DNA of 57,163 bases, taken from the IMG/VR virus record IMGVR_UViG_3300022916_001241; one strand, 5' to 3'. The notes beneath the pieces are model-generated. The model ran no database searches and was not told the origin of the DNA. It saw only the letters and a program-made list of their open reading frames with translations. Within the stretch, counting starts at the first letter, position 1, and each line of letters starts with the position of its first letter. This document shows positions 49,669 through 57,163 of the stretch, in pieces. The position numbers and the translations under genes were made by a program. This stretch comes from an uncultured virus (IMG/VR IMGVR_UViG_3300022916_001241) (lineage: Duplodnaviria; Heunggongvirae; Uroviricota; Caudoviricetes).

Positions 49669-50751
49669 TTATTTATAAGGCGGATAGTTGCAAGGCATAC
49701 CATTAAAGTAAATTACTCCATCTTCCCTTTTATTACTCTTATTTTCATTGGTGCTACAGAACAACTTACCCAAACTAACAATATCATTAATTGAAACATT
49801 AGAGCCTTTGGCAGAACAAACAGTTGAAACCTTTTTGATTAAATCAAACTTTTCTTTACCAATCACACCCTTAATGATGTTAATCAAATTATAATTGTCA
49901 GCCTCCTTTTTCTGCATATCAACAACAGAAGCTTTAGACTTTTTAACTTCATTTCCATATTCGCAAATACAATTGTTAAACCTATTAAGCTTGCGCTCAA
50001 GAAATGATACATAAAAAGTATTTGCAATATCATTCTCATTATTAACTTTCTCAGTATTGTTGCTTAAATCATACCTATAATAAAAACAATCCTCAGCAGT
50101 AGAAACAACATTATCAATAGGCATATAAGTATTATTAATAAAATCACCATAATTATGATAAGTAATGTTGCCATAATTATTATCGCAAACATAAATATAC
50201 TTAATCTCTGTTTGTTCTTTGTTATAAACCACAACAAATTCAATGCGACAAAAATAATTGTCAGACAAATAACAACTGTCAGACAGTAAGTCTGAAAATG
50301 ATCGACGAGACTTTAAATCTTCACTGTAAATATCAAAAGTAAAAATAGAAACAGTACAATCATTGCCATCAACATCTAATTGTTTGTGTTCTTTGTGTAA
50401 CTTTGACGCATTAACCCTTGTTTCAAAATAATTTACGTTGGCTTTAAACTTATCATTACACATAAAACTATCAACTGAATCATTAAAGTTATTTTGTTTA
50501 CGAAGCCAACTTATGTCTTTTGATGTGTTTTTATTACTGATATGCATTCCGGAATACATATTAGAAATAAAACGATTCCAATCAATATCAATTGTGTTAG
50601 TATGATTAATAGATCTCTCACAACAATCACGAACCTTATCATTTAAAATGTCTCTCGCTTTATAAGCAATTCGAATGTATTTATTAATATCTTTTGTTAC
50701 CATGTCAGCAAGAATCTTTTTTGTCTCTTTAACAAGAATTTTCTTTGACAT
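49669..50751 (-). CDS. hypothetical protein
   Basis: 360-aa ORF with its own promoter and GGGGAGG RBS. Confidence 0.75.
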   Translation of the reverse strand: MSKKILVKETKKILADMVTKDINKYIRIAYKARDILNDKVRDCCERSINHTNTIDIDWNRFISNMYSGMHISNKNTSKDISWLRKQNNFNDSVDSFMCNDKFKANVNYFETRVNASKLHKEHKQLDVDGNDCTVSIFTFDIYSEDLKSRRSFSDLLSDSCYLSDNYFCRIEFVVVYNKEQTEIKYIYVCDNNYGNITYHNYGDFINNTYMPIDNVVSTAEDCFYYRYDLSNNTEKVNNENDIANTFYVSFLERKLNRFNNCICEYGNEVKKSKASVVDMQKKEADNYNLINIIKGVIGKEKFDLIKKVSTVCSAKGSNVSINDIVSLGKLFCSTNENKSNKREDGVIYFNGMPCNYPPYK

Positions 50752-50780
50752 TTTTTGCCTCCCCTTTAAAAGTTATAACT

Positions 50781-50835
50781 TGTCAACAAAACCCTTATAC
50801 CATAATCACTCCTGTTTGTTAACCACTTTTGAAAA
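50781..50835 (-). promoter_or_regulatory. conserved promoter TTAACA-N17-TATAAG with downstream TTGTTGACA
   Basis: ttttcaaaagtggTTAACAaacaggagtgattatggTATAAGggttttgttgaca. Confidence 0.85.
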
Positions 50836-50878
50836 TTATTTAATATTATTTTCTAGAAAATCCAAAGCTCTGCAAAAA

Positions 50879-51169
50879 TCAACCTTGCATTATATCCCTC
50901 TCTCGAACCACCATTGAATCATGATCATAATTATTAATACCACTGGCAATGCCATTAACTAAATATATAGCATCATGATCATGATACATACCACTAGTTC
51001 TATAACCAGCTATTATGCCAACACCATAATAATAAATATCACCTGCATCATCAGCCATATAGTAATATTTATTATCAATATCTTTTTTATTATAATAAAC
51101 ATCTTTTCTATAATTATAATAATATGCTTTGCAAAATATAACATCACCTACTTTATATTTATTGTCCAT
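50879..51169 (-). CDS. small KOW/SH3-like protein
   Basis: YKVGDVIFC...YYGVGII. Confidence 0.6.
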   Translation of the reverse strand: MDNKYKVGDVIFCKAYYYNYRKDVYYNKKDIDNKYYYMADDAGDIYYYGVGIIAGYRTSGMYHDHDAIYLVNGIASGINNYDHDSMVVRERDIMQG

Positions 51170-51294
51170 CAATTTAACTCTTTATTATTAAGATCACCAT
51201 TAACAACCAACCATATAAGATATTTCTTCCCCTCTTTTAAACCTAAGTTATGCCATTGTCCAGCCTTTATTTTTATCACTTTTTTATTGCACAT
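51169..51294 (-). CDS. 41-aa hypothetical peptide (not in ORF track)
   Basis: MCNKKVIKIKAGQWHNLGLKEGKKYLIWLVV...; stop overlaps the next start. Confidence 0.4.
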   Translation of the reverse strand: MCNKKVIKIKAGQWHNLGLKEGKKYLIWLVVNGDLNNKELN

Positions 51295-51348
51295 ATAAAG
51301 CCCCAAATCAATACCAATAAAACCAAATTTAGCCCACAATCAATCCTG

Positions 51349-51588
51349 TCAATATTCTAATACAATGACATTAGGCTTCTCGCCAGTCGATTCTGGGTCG
51401 ATCTTAGAGAGACAATTATTATCACCCAAAATATACATTGTGTACTTATCTGTAAAAACATTGCATGTAATCTCATCAATAGAACGAATCAATACCTCGC
51501 AATCACCATGACCAGCAGATTTTAAAGTCTGCATCAAATTGAATAACTCATTTACACTTAATCCATTTGACCTCATTGTTTCCTCCAT
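51349..51588 (-). CDS. hypothetical protein
   Basis: ORF tiling. Confidence 0.6.
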   Translation of the reverse strand: MEETMRSNGLSVNELFNLMQTLKSAGHGDCEVLIRSIDEITCNVFTDKYTMYILGDNNCLSKIDPESTGEKPNVIVLEY

Positions 51589-51838
51589 TGCTTAATTTGT
51601 GTGTGATCCAATTGGTTCTTACAAAAAACTGATCACGTTGTTTTTTTGTTCCAAGTATTTTAATTTTATAATCAAAAGAAGTGTATGTAAAGTCACACTC
51701 TTCCATTATTAAAACAATTCCATTATATCCAGTATAAGTAGACTTTCCATTTGTCCAACCACATTCTTTAGGATCACTTGGTAATTGTACACAAACAACA
51801 TCACCAGCATTAAACGTATTGTTTTTATTATTGCTCAT
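51548..51838 (-). CDS. small KOW/SH3-like protein
   Basis: FNAGDVVCV...YNGIVLI. Confidence 0.6.
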   Translation of the reverse strand: MSNNKNNTFNAGDVVCVQLPSDPKECGWTNGKSTYTGYNGIVLIMEECDFTYTSFDYKIKILGTKKQRDQFFVRTNWITHKLSNGGNNEVKWIKCK

Positions 51839-52067
51839 TTCTATACTTATTCTTAATTCTTACAAGCTCATAACGAAGGCTCAGCTTCGCATATGGAACC
51901 CAAACCACAACATAAAGAAATGCTGAAACACATAACACAAATAAATTCATTGCAACATTCCCAATACCCCATGGCGCAAGATATGCATAGACACACATAA
52001 GCATAAGCAATACCATGCTAAACAAAATACGATTACCAACATAAACCATGCTTTCCAATACTTTCAT
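51828..52067 (-). CDS. small two-TM membrane protein
   Basis: two hydrophobic segments; GGAGG RBS. Confidence 0.65.
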   Translation of the reverse strand: MKVLESMVYVGNRILFSMVLLMLMCVYAYLAPWGIGNVAMNLFVLCVSAFLYVVVWVPYAKLSLRYELVRIKNKYRNEQ

Positions 52068-52069
52068 TT

Positions 52070-52393
52070 TTAACCTCCCTTATTAACAATAAATAACCTA
52101 TCGTTATTATAACAATAATCAAAAAACTTATTAATGTTTAAATTGTCATTTAAATTAATCCGATTAAATGCTATCCCTGACCTATAAGTATAAGAAGATA
52201 TTTGTTTAAACATATGCAGAAATTTAATTGTTAATCGCTCATTACAATCACAATATATAGTAACTAGACCATTATGATTATAATAAAAATGCCAACCTAA
52301 ATTTATAGCCAGTTCCCTATCAATCTTAAGCCAACATATATATGGTTTGCTTGCAGCCCTAAGATCACTAAGTTGTATTTTTTCCATTTTCAT
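52070..52393 (-). CDS. hypothetical protein, likely translated from a leaderless mRNA
   Basis: ATG 7 nt downstream of the promoter -10. Confidence 0.65.
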   Translation of the reverse strand: MKMEKIQLSDLRAASKPYICWLKIDRELAINLGWHFYYNHNGLVTIYCDCNERLTIKFLHMFKQISSYTYRSGIAFNRINLNDNLNINKFFDYCYNNDRLFIVNKGG

Positions 52394-52400
52394 GAATACC

Positions 52401-52437
52401 CTTATACCACAATCAACTCTGTTTGTTAACCACTTTC
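52401..52437 (-). promoter_or_regulatory. conserved promoter TTAACA-N17-TATAAG
   Basis: gaaagtggTTAACAaacagagttgattgtggTATAAG. Confidence 0.85.
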
Positions 52438-52559
52438 AATAATTTATTTTTTAATAAAATATCGATAACATCAAAAAGTTGCCACATTGGAACATTAATT
52501 TTCTCAGCAACCTCAAGTAAAGATAAACTGCCATCACAATAACTTAATAAATTTGTCAT
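52413..52559 (-). CDS. 48-aa stand-alone winged-helix resembling the C-terminal HTH of DUF4910/UCP01524 proteins (not in ORF track)
   Basis: MTNLLSYCDGSLSLLEVAEKINVPMWQLFDVIDILLKNKLLKVVNKQS*; ATGA overlap with the upstream stop. Confidence 0.7.
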   Translation of the reverse strand: MTNLLSYCDGSLSLLEVAEKINVPMWQLFDVIDILLKNKLLKVVNKQS

Positions 52560-52834
52560 GACTTTAGTATTAATAATATCACACCAATTAATGAGCCAAA
52601 TATCATGTAAAATATTTGAGAAAGTACTATTAAGCTTAAAATTTTAATTAGATTGTCAAGCCTATTCCTTTTGTATAATGTGTCCCTTTTGTTTTCTTTT
52701 TTATTATATCTGAAATATGCTTTCGAATTATAGATTCCATTTTTGTCAACTGTAGAAATAGACATTGCATCTTCTGTCTTTAAAATCATCTTATTTCTAA
52801 ATGACATGCCACCAATGATTTTCCTCATAACCAT
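52556..52834 (-). CDS. hypothetical protein with C-terminal TM
   Basis: AGGAG RBS; hydrophobic C-terminus. Confidence 0.6.
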   Translation of the reverse strand: MVMRKIIGGMSFRNKMILKTEDAMSISTVDKNGIYNSKAYFRYNKKENKRDTLYKRNRLDNLIKILSLIVLSQIFYMIFGSLIGVILLILKS

Positions 52835-53060
52835 ATCTCCTTTTATTAATATTTAAACATGTCTTTTGAATTTTATTATATTAAACATATTGTTGATCGT
52901 CTTTATTGTTGGTTATTGTTGTTTAACCCCTTAAATCAACAATTCCAATATCAAAAAAATTATCTGTCCAATAAAAATGGGTCAACCCGCATATACGCTA
53001 ACTTTAAGTCTGCGGTGTCCTGTCTCCAGGACATAACAATCCAACCATCCACCTACACAC

Positions 53061-53093
53061 AATATACCACAATCAACCTCATCTGTTAACCAC
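53061..53093 (-). promoter_or_regulatory. conserved promoter TTAACA-N17-TATATT
   Basis: gtggTTAACAgatgaggttgattgtggTATATT. Confidence 0.8.
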
Positions 53094-53122
53094 CTACAAT
53101 CATTAATTTATATATATATCTT

Positions 53123-53428
53123 TTATCCGTTCATCCTCTTCACACTCTTATCCTCATCATCAACTATCATAATAAACGTATTGTCATGATAATCATTACT
53201 ATCTACTTTAGTAATCACACATATCTCAACGGACACTACACGTTCATAATCATGACTAACCAGCTTCCCTCTGTCTTCTTCATTCATTAATGGTTCAACA
53301 ACAACAACATTAACTGGTCCTGAATAGTCCATTACTTTCTTATAGGCACCTTTATAACAACCTGGAGGAGTAACATAAGAATACAATGCAACTTCACTAA
53401 CCCACAGCATGGTTCCTTCAGTTATCAT
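53123..53428 (-). CDS. small repeat-family protein
   Basis: EGTMLWV...YSGPVNV. Confidence 0.6.
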   Translation of the reverse strand: MITEGTMLWVSEVALYSYVTPPGCYKGAYKKVMDYSGPVNVVVVEPLMNEEDRGKLVSHDYERVVSVEICVITKVDSNDYHDNTFIMIVDDEDKSVKRMNG

Positions 53429-53488
53429 TTTCTTTTTTTCCCCCCCCTTTCTTTTATTGTCAAGTACTTATCCCTGACTTGCAATCAT

Positions 53489-53528
53489 ACTATACCATAA
53501 GTACCTTGATTTGTTAACCATTTTTAAG
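53489..53528 (-). promoter_or_regulatory. conserved promoter TTAACA-N17-TATAGT
   Basis: aaaaatggTTAACAaatcaaggtacttatggTATAGT. Confidence 0.8.
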
Positions 53529-53573
53529 AATTAATTTTATTGTATATGCAGATATATTGGAAGGAAGGGTTGG

Positions 53574-53984
53574 TTAGCCACAATTGCCAGAAGGACAAGG
53601 GCCAGTCTTATTAACAAAATCCCAGAACCTTTCATTATCTCCTACTTCTCTAGATATATCTTTAAGTTGATCTTCATAATTTAAATACTCAGATGAATTT
53701 AATATGCTATTAAGCACCTCATCTTTAACGTTATTCCAATATAAATCTAACAGGTTAGACATGTCTGGTATAGATGGTGTGGTGCCTGATCCCCAGCCAA
53801 GTTTAGTTTTAATGGTAGTTGCGGGAAAGTTAACTTTAATAACTTTACCACGATTAAGGCCTTTTGTTGTGTTGTAAAAGTCTTTCTCTTCATCTGTTAA
53901 ATCTTTATAGCTAGCCTCCTTTATAAGCTTTCTAGTCTCTTCTTTAATAATATTCTTTACTATAGATTTAAATTTGTTTTTCAT
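53574..53984 (-). CDS. hypothetical protein with N-terminal IIKEE..LIKEA motif
   Basis: GGAGG RBS. Confidence 0.7.
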   Translation of the reverse strand: MKNKFKSIVKNIIKEETRKLIKEASYKDLTDEEKDFYNTTKGLNRGKVIKVNFPATTIKTKLGWGSGTTPSIPDMSNLLDLYWNNVKDEVLNSILNSSEYLNYEDQLKDISREVGDNERFWDFVNKTGPCPSGNCG

Positions 53985-54002
53985 TGCTTAACCTCCGTTG
54001 AA

Positions 54003-54040
54003 AATGTTAATATAATAATATATATATTATATATAACATT
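54003..54040. repeat. AT-rich imperfect inverted repeat
   Basis: aatgtta-atataata / tattatat-a-taacatt; 15-bp stem with one bulge and a 7-nt loop. Confidence 0.7.
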
Positions 54041-54074
54041 AAATACATTTTTTTTTACTATTATTACTACAATG

Positions 54075-54335
54075 TTAACCTTGGGGTATCTTGTACAATA
54101 TATTTTCTTCTGTTATTCTATAATTATAATTGTACAAGACATTGCGATCATACATTGTTTTGATTCTATATATAGGCCTATAACTTAAATTGTAATTAAC
54201 ACTGACAATAATTGCTGGTCCTTTATATAGAGGAGGGTTATCATATCTCTTTTCGCTTTCTGATCCACACATATAAGTATTTACTTTGACCCAAACAATA
54301 TCACCTTTGTTCCATTTTTTTATTTCTTTTACCAA
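54075..54335 (-). CDS. small KOW/SH3-like protein
   Basis: WNKGDIVWV...YKGPAII...EENILYKI. Confidence 0.65.
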   Translation of the reverse strand: MVKEIKKWNKGDIVWVKVNTYMCGSESEKRYDNPPLYKGPAIIVSVNYNLSYRPIYRIKTMYDRNVLYNYNYRITEENILYKIPQG

Positions 54336-54607
54336 TTGTCCATACCAAGGGTCTTTGTAATTGCATCAACTGCTCCACTTTCGAACCAATGATAAGTTAC
54401 AAACCCTGCACCAAACAATGTTAATATTACCAACAATGCACCAATGAACCCACCTATCTTTATTGTTAAGTATATTCCAATAGTCAACACAACAATTGCT
54501 GGTGTACATGCTACTAAGAACATTATAATAAACATTAATGCTAATAATTGAAATGTTCCTAAGAACGCAACAAACAATATTAATAATAGCCATAAGATAG
54601 TGCTCAT
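54329..54607 (-). CDS. small multi-TM membrane protein
   Basis: three hydrophobic segments. Confidence 0.65.
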   Translation of the reverse strand: MSTILWLLLILFVAFLGTFQLLALMFIIMFLVACTPAIVVLTIGIYLTIKIGGFIGALLVILTLFGAGFVTYHWFESGAVDAITKTLGMDNW

Positions 54608-54609
54608 GA

Positions 54610-55092
54610 TTAATTATCCTTAAATATTCTTTCTTTATTTAACTTAATAAAGCTTAATAGGTTTTCTGCGACCATGAATAGCTTATTATGTAATGTATCT
54701 TTTTTATAGAATACTTCTTGTCCATAAGTACTAAGTTCATCATGTAACTTTTCTTTTGTTCTATTTTCTTCTGGGAGCAAGTTATCTATAATATAACTGA
54801 ATAGTAATCTTTTTGGTTCATCTTCTTTATACCTTGCTTCTTTATATTTTGATTCTAATGATTTGACAAGGCCTATTGCATTTTGTAGTTCATGTTGGAT
54901 ATTATCTAAAGTATTAATATCTTTTTTTTGATCCCCTTTCTCTTTGTTGTTCTTATTGCAATCTTCTTGTTCAACAGAATCTTTTTCTTTATTCTTTGTT
55001 GATTCTTTTTGTGTATCTTCTATATGTTGTTTATTGTTATTTTGTAATTCTTTTTCTTTATTCTTTGTTGTATTTCTTTTTATTTTTCCCAT
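54610..55092 (-). CDS. hypothetical charged protein
   Basis: ORF tiling. Confidence 0.6.
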   Translation of the reverse strand: MGKIKRNTTKNKEKELQNNNKQHIEDTQKESTKNKEKDSVEQEDCNKNNKEKGDQKKDINTLDNIQHELQNAIGLVKSLESKYKEARYKEDEPKRLLFSYIIDNLLPEENRTKEKLHDELSTYGQEVFYKKDTLHNKLFMVAENLLSFIKLNKERIFKDN

Positions 55093-55292
55093 AATGTTTT
55101 TTTGTCTACCCCCTGGGTTGCTGTGTCTGTTAAGTTGTTTTTAATGGTAGCATGGATTTTGCTGTCTATAAACTAGTTTCCGACATTTGATTGTAAAATA
55201 AATTGATTGTCAAGGGTATTGATGTCAATGGGCCTTAATTGTTAGATCGTTTTTTAGGTTTAGATATTACCAAGTGTTTGTTGCTTGTTGTC

Positions 55293-55817
55293 TCACTCCT
55301 TTATAAACTCAAAGCCTGATTGCTTCGCCCACTTTCTTGCTGATATCATATTTGAATACTGTTTTTTGAAACAATAAAACTTTTCTTTTTTATTACCCAT
55401 AAGCTCTTCAGCGTATATTATGCAATTAATATGCTTTGCAAATAACTTTGCTTCTATCTCATTGATGCCATGAACCTGAAGTCCATAGTCTCGATCAACC
55501 ATTTTCCAAATATATTTTTTTGTGCCAAACTTCTTTAGATTGCTTGTTTTATAAAAGAAGTACTTTGTGATGTTTGTTGTTTCCGTTGCCTCTTGTTGCT
55601 TTTTCTTCTTCTTGCCTGATTTAATATTCTTATATTCTTCAAGTGACATTAACTTATAACAATCACTGGTTGGCTTGTCTGTGTTCTCATCAATAATATT
55701 ATTGCGATACATTTTATTCAATATGCTTTCTGAAAGCTTTTTTATGTCCCCTAAAGAATATGCAATTGCTTTCTTTGCAAGAGTCTTTTTGTTAATTGTA
55801 CCTTTTAGTCTTCCCAT
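55293..55817 (-). CDS. hypothetical basic protein
   Basis: GAGG RBS; MGRLKGT.NKKT start. Confidence 0.65.
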   Translation of the reverse strand: MGRLKGTINKKTLAKKAIAYSLGDIKKLSESILNKMYRNNIIDENTDKPTSDCYKLMSLEEYKNIKSGKKKKKQQEATETTNITKYFFYKTSNLKKFGTKKYIWKMVDRDYGLQVHGINEIEAKLFAKHINCIIYAEELMGNKKEKFYCFKKQYSNMISARKWAKQSGFEFIKE

Positions 55818-55849
55818 AAGACAACCTCATTGTTGATTGTTATTACCAA

Positions 55850-55879
55850 AGAAATAAGTAAGGGGGCATTGCGCCCCCC
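55850..55879 (-). terminator. putative intrinsic terminator after the MoxR gene
   Basis: GGGGGC-gcaat-GCCCCC stem followed by a T-rich tail (ttacttatttcttt) on the minus strand. Confidence 0.7.
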
Positions 55880-55896
55880 AAAGAACTGCTTGTTGT

Positions 55897-57042
55897 TTAT
55901 TCGCCCTCGGCACCCTTCTTTACTTTCTCCTGCTCTTCCCTGATCCACTCGCTATTGGCTTCCACCACCCTAGTCCTGATCCGCTCATCATCACCAAGCT
56001 TTGAGGCCACAAAGTTGATGTTCTTTACGTCACCACCATCCTCAGTGTACTCCTGGAGAGCCTGCCATGCATAGTTGATCACATCCAGTGGGACAATCAA
56101 CATATACTCAGTAAAGTTCTTAATGTGACGAGGCTTAACCCCATCCTCTCCCTTTGCACGGAAAAACTCAATGCACTGATCCATGAGAGTTGAAGCCTCA
56201 ACCACATCATCAGTTACCAGTTCAGTAATATCCTGCCCCCGGTCCTTCCATTTTTCAAGAATGTCTTTTGCTGTCATTTGATTAAACTCCTTCTTTACAA
56301 AGTCAACAAACCTAGTTGCCCCTTCTTCACCAACAAAACCCATTGAGAGAAGAGTAAGAGCATGATGATCGTCAACAAGTTTTTTGTTTAGATTCATACA
56401 ATTAGAAAGCATAGCCCATGAACGAGGAGAAGGATAAATCCGGCCCTCTTCAGGCGTGCCAGTGAAATACAAATAGTTATGGTTCTTTTCAATGAACATG
56501 TGAATTGCACGATGGATACCAACGCTCTTTGACCACCTCAGCCACTCTGCCGGTGATGGCTCAAGGGTAAACCGATAGAAACGATCCAACAGTGCAGGGT
56601 CCATCATAGACACGTCATAGTCATCACCCATGTTGACTGCACCATACACCCACACGTCAACGTTGGATGGAAGTGCCCAATCCTGGATACGACGATCCAG
56701 AATCAACTGAAACACTGACTGGAGAACATCACGATGAGCACGGTTAATCTCATCAAGAAGGAGAACAACGTTCTGTCCTCTCTCTGCACATGCCTCAATC
56801 TCCCGTCGCCACCAAGGGGACGAGTAGATCATTTCTCCATTAACAGACTGAGGCATACCAATCAGATCTACATACTCAACCTGTGAGAGCCGCATATCGA
56901 TAAAATGTGCATTTCTCTTCTTTGCAAGATCTCTAAAGATAGTACTCTTGCCAATACCATGAGGGCCATCAACGAGAACGGCCTGCTCTTTCGGCAGATT
57001 ATCAAGAACCTTCAGTGCTGATTTTACGTTAAGCTTTGCCAC
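55897..57042 (-). CDS. MoxR-type AAA+ ATPase
   Basis: Walker A GPHGIGKS, Walker B LLLDEINRA, DPALLDRF, PSPRSW; GTG start after AGGAGG. Confidence 0.92.
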   Translation of the reverse strand: MAKLNVKSALKVLDNLPKEQAVLVDGPHGIGKSTIFRDLAKKRNAHFIDMRLSQVEYVDLIGMPQSVNGEMIYSSPWWRREIEACAERGQNVVLLLDEINRAHRDVLQSVFQLILDRRIQDWALPSNVDVWVYGAVNMGDDYDVSMMDPALLDRFYRFTLEPSPAEWLRWSKSVGIHRAIHMFIEKNHNYLYFTGTPEEGRIYPSPRSWAMLSNCMNLNKKLVDDHHALTLLSMGFVGEEGATRFVDFVKKEFNQMTAKDILEKWKDRGQDITELVTDDVVEASTLMDQCIEFFRAKGEDGVKPRHIKNFTEYMLIVPLDVINYAWQALQEYTEDGGDVKNINFVASKLGDDERIRTRVVEANSEWIREEQEKVKKGAEGE

Positions 57043-57099
57043 AATAAACCTCCTTTTAACCGTCTAGAATTTAAACTTACCAACCTTTATTTCGAAACC

Positions 57100-57140
57100 T
57101 TTATATCACACTTCCTCCTGTTTGTTAACCACTTTTTGAA
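57100..57140 (-). promoter_or_regulatory. conserved promoter TTAACA-N17-TATAAA
   Basis: ttcaaaaagtggTTAACAaacaggaggaagtgtgaTATAAA. Confidence 0.8.
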
Positions 57141-57163
57141 AGTTTTTTATTTTTTATTCCTCT

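Noticed and set aside
54050..54082. Another GGTTAACA promoter copy
   Set aside because: There is no -10 element 17 nt downstream; a poly-A run is there instead.
32899..57140. Repeated gttaaccacttttgaaa as a CRISPR repeat, att site or transposon end
   Set aside because: Copies are dispersed singly upstream of genes in one orientation with fixed -35/-10 geometry; there is no array, cas gene, integrase or transposase.
1..57163. Stop-codon reassignment as in some huge phages
   Set aside because: Standard-code ORFs tile densely with intact enzymes; TAA, TGA and TAG all end genes.
1..57163. tRNA or rRNA genes
   Set aside because: No cloverleaf or T-loop signature was seen in the few intergenic gaps; tRNAscan-SE would be the decisive check.
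1..57163. Eukaryotic giant virus origin
   Set aside because: Shine-Dalgarno sites, overlapping operonic genes, sigma70-like promoters, a lipoprotein and an SLT indicate a bacterial host.

Overview
This AT-rich 57 kb window is most consistent with a segment of a large (jumbo/huge) tailed bacteriophage genome. Essentially every real gene lies on the minus strand, tightly packed, with GGAGG-type Shine-Dalgarno sites and standard genetic code. Positions 1-22.5 kb hold an unusually large sugar-modification island. It has nonulosonic (sialic-acid-like) biosynthesis genes (two NeuB, NeuC, NeuA plus an SpsF-like cytidylyltransferase, a PseB/CapD-type dehydratase, DegT and class III aminotransferases, a Gfo/Idh/MocA oxidoreductase), tailoring enzymes (carbamoyltransferase, B12 radical SAM) and about eight candidate glycosyltransferases, two of them recently duplicated Maf/DUF115-like genes. 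Positions 22.5-39 kb hold regulators and late-like genes: FmdB zinc ribbon, sigma-70 region-4-like HTHs, Hc1-like protein, ClpP, DUF218, SLT, SGNH, a vWA metallopeptidase, a cytidylyltransferase-like fusion and membrane proteins. Positions 39-43 kb hold purA, guaB and cca. Positions 43-57 kb hold small early-type genes, including about 11 divergent paralogues of a KOW/SH3-like domain, and a MoxR AAA+ ATPase. A conserved promoter (GG-TTAACA-N17-TAyAnn with extended -10 TG) occurs 10 times. All family assignments come from motif recognition by eye; no database search was run.
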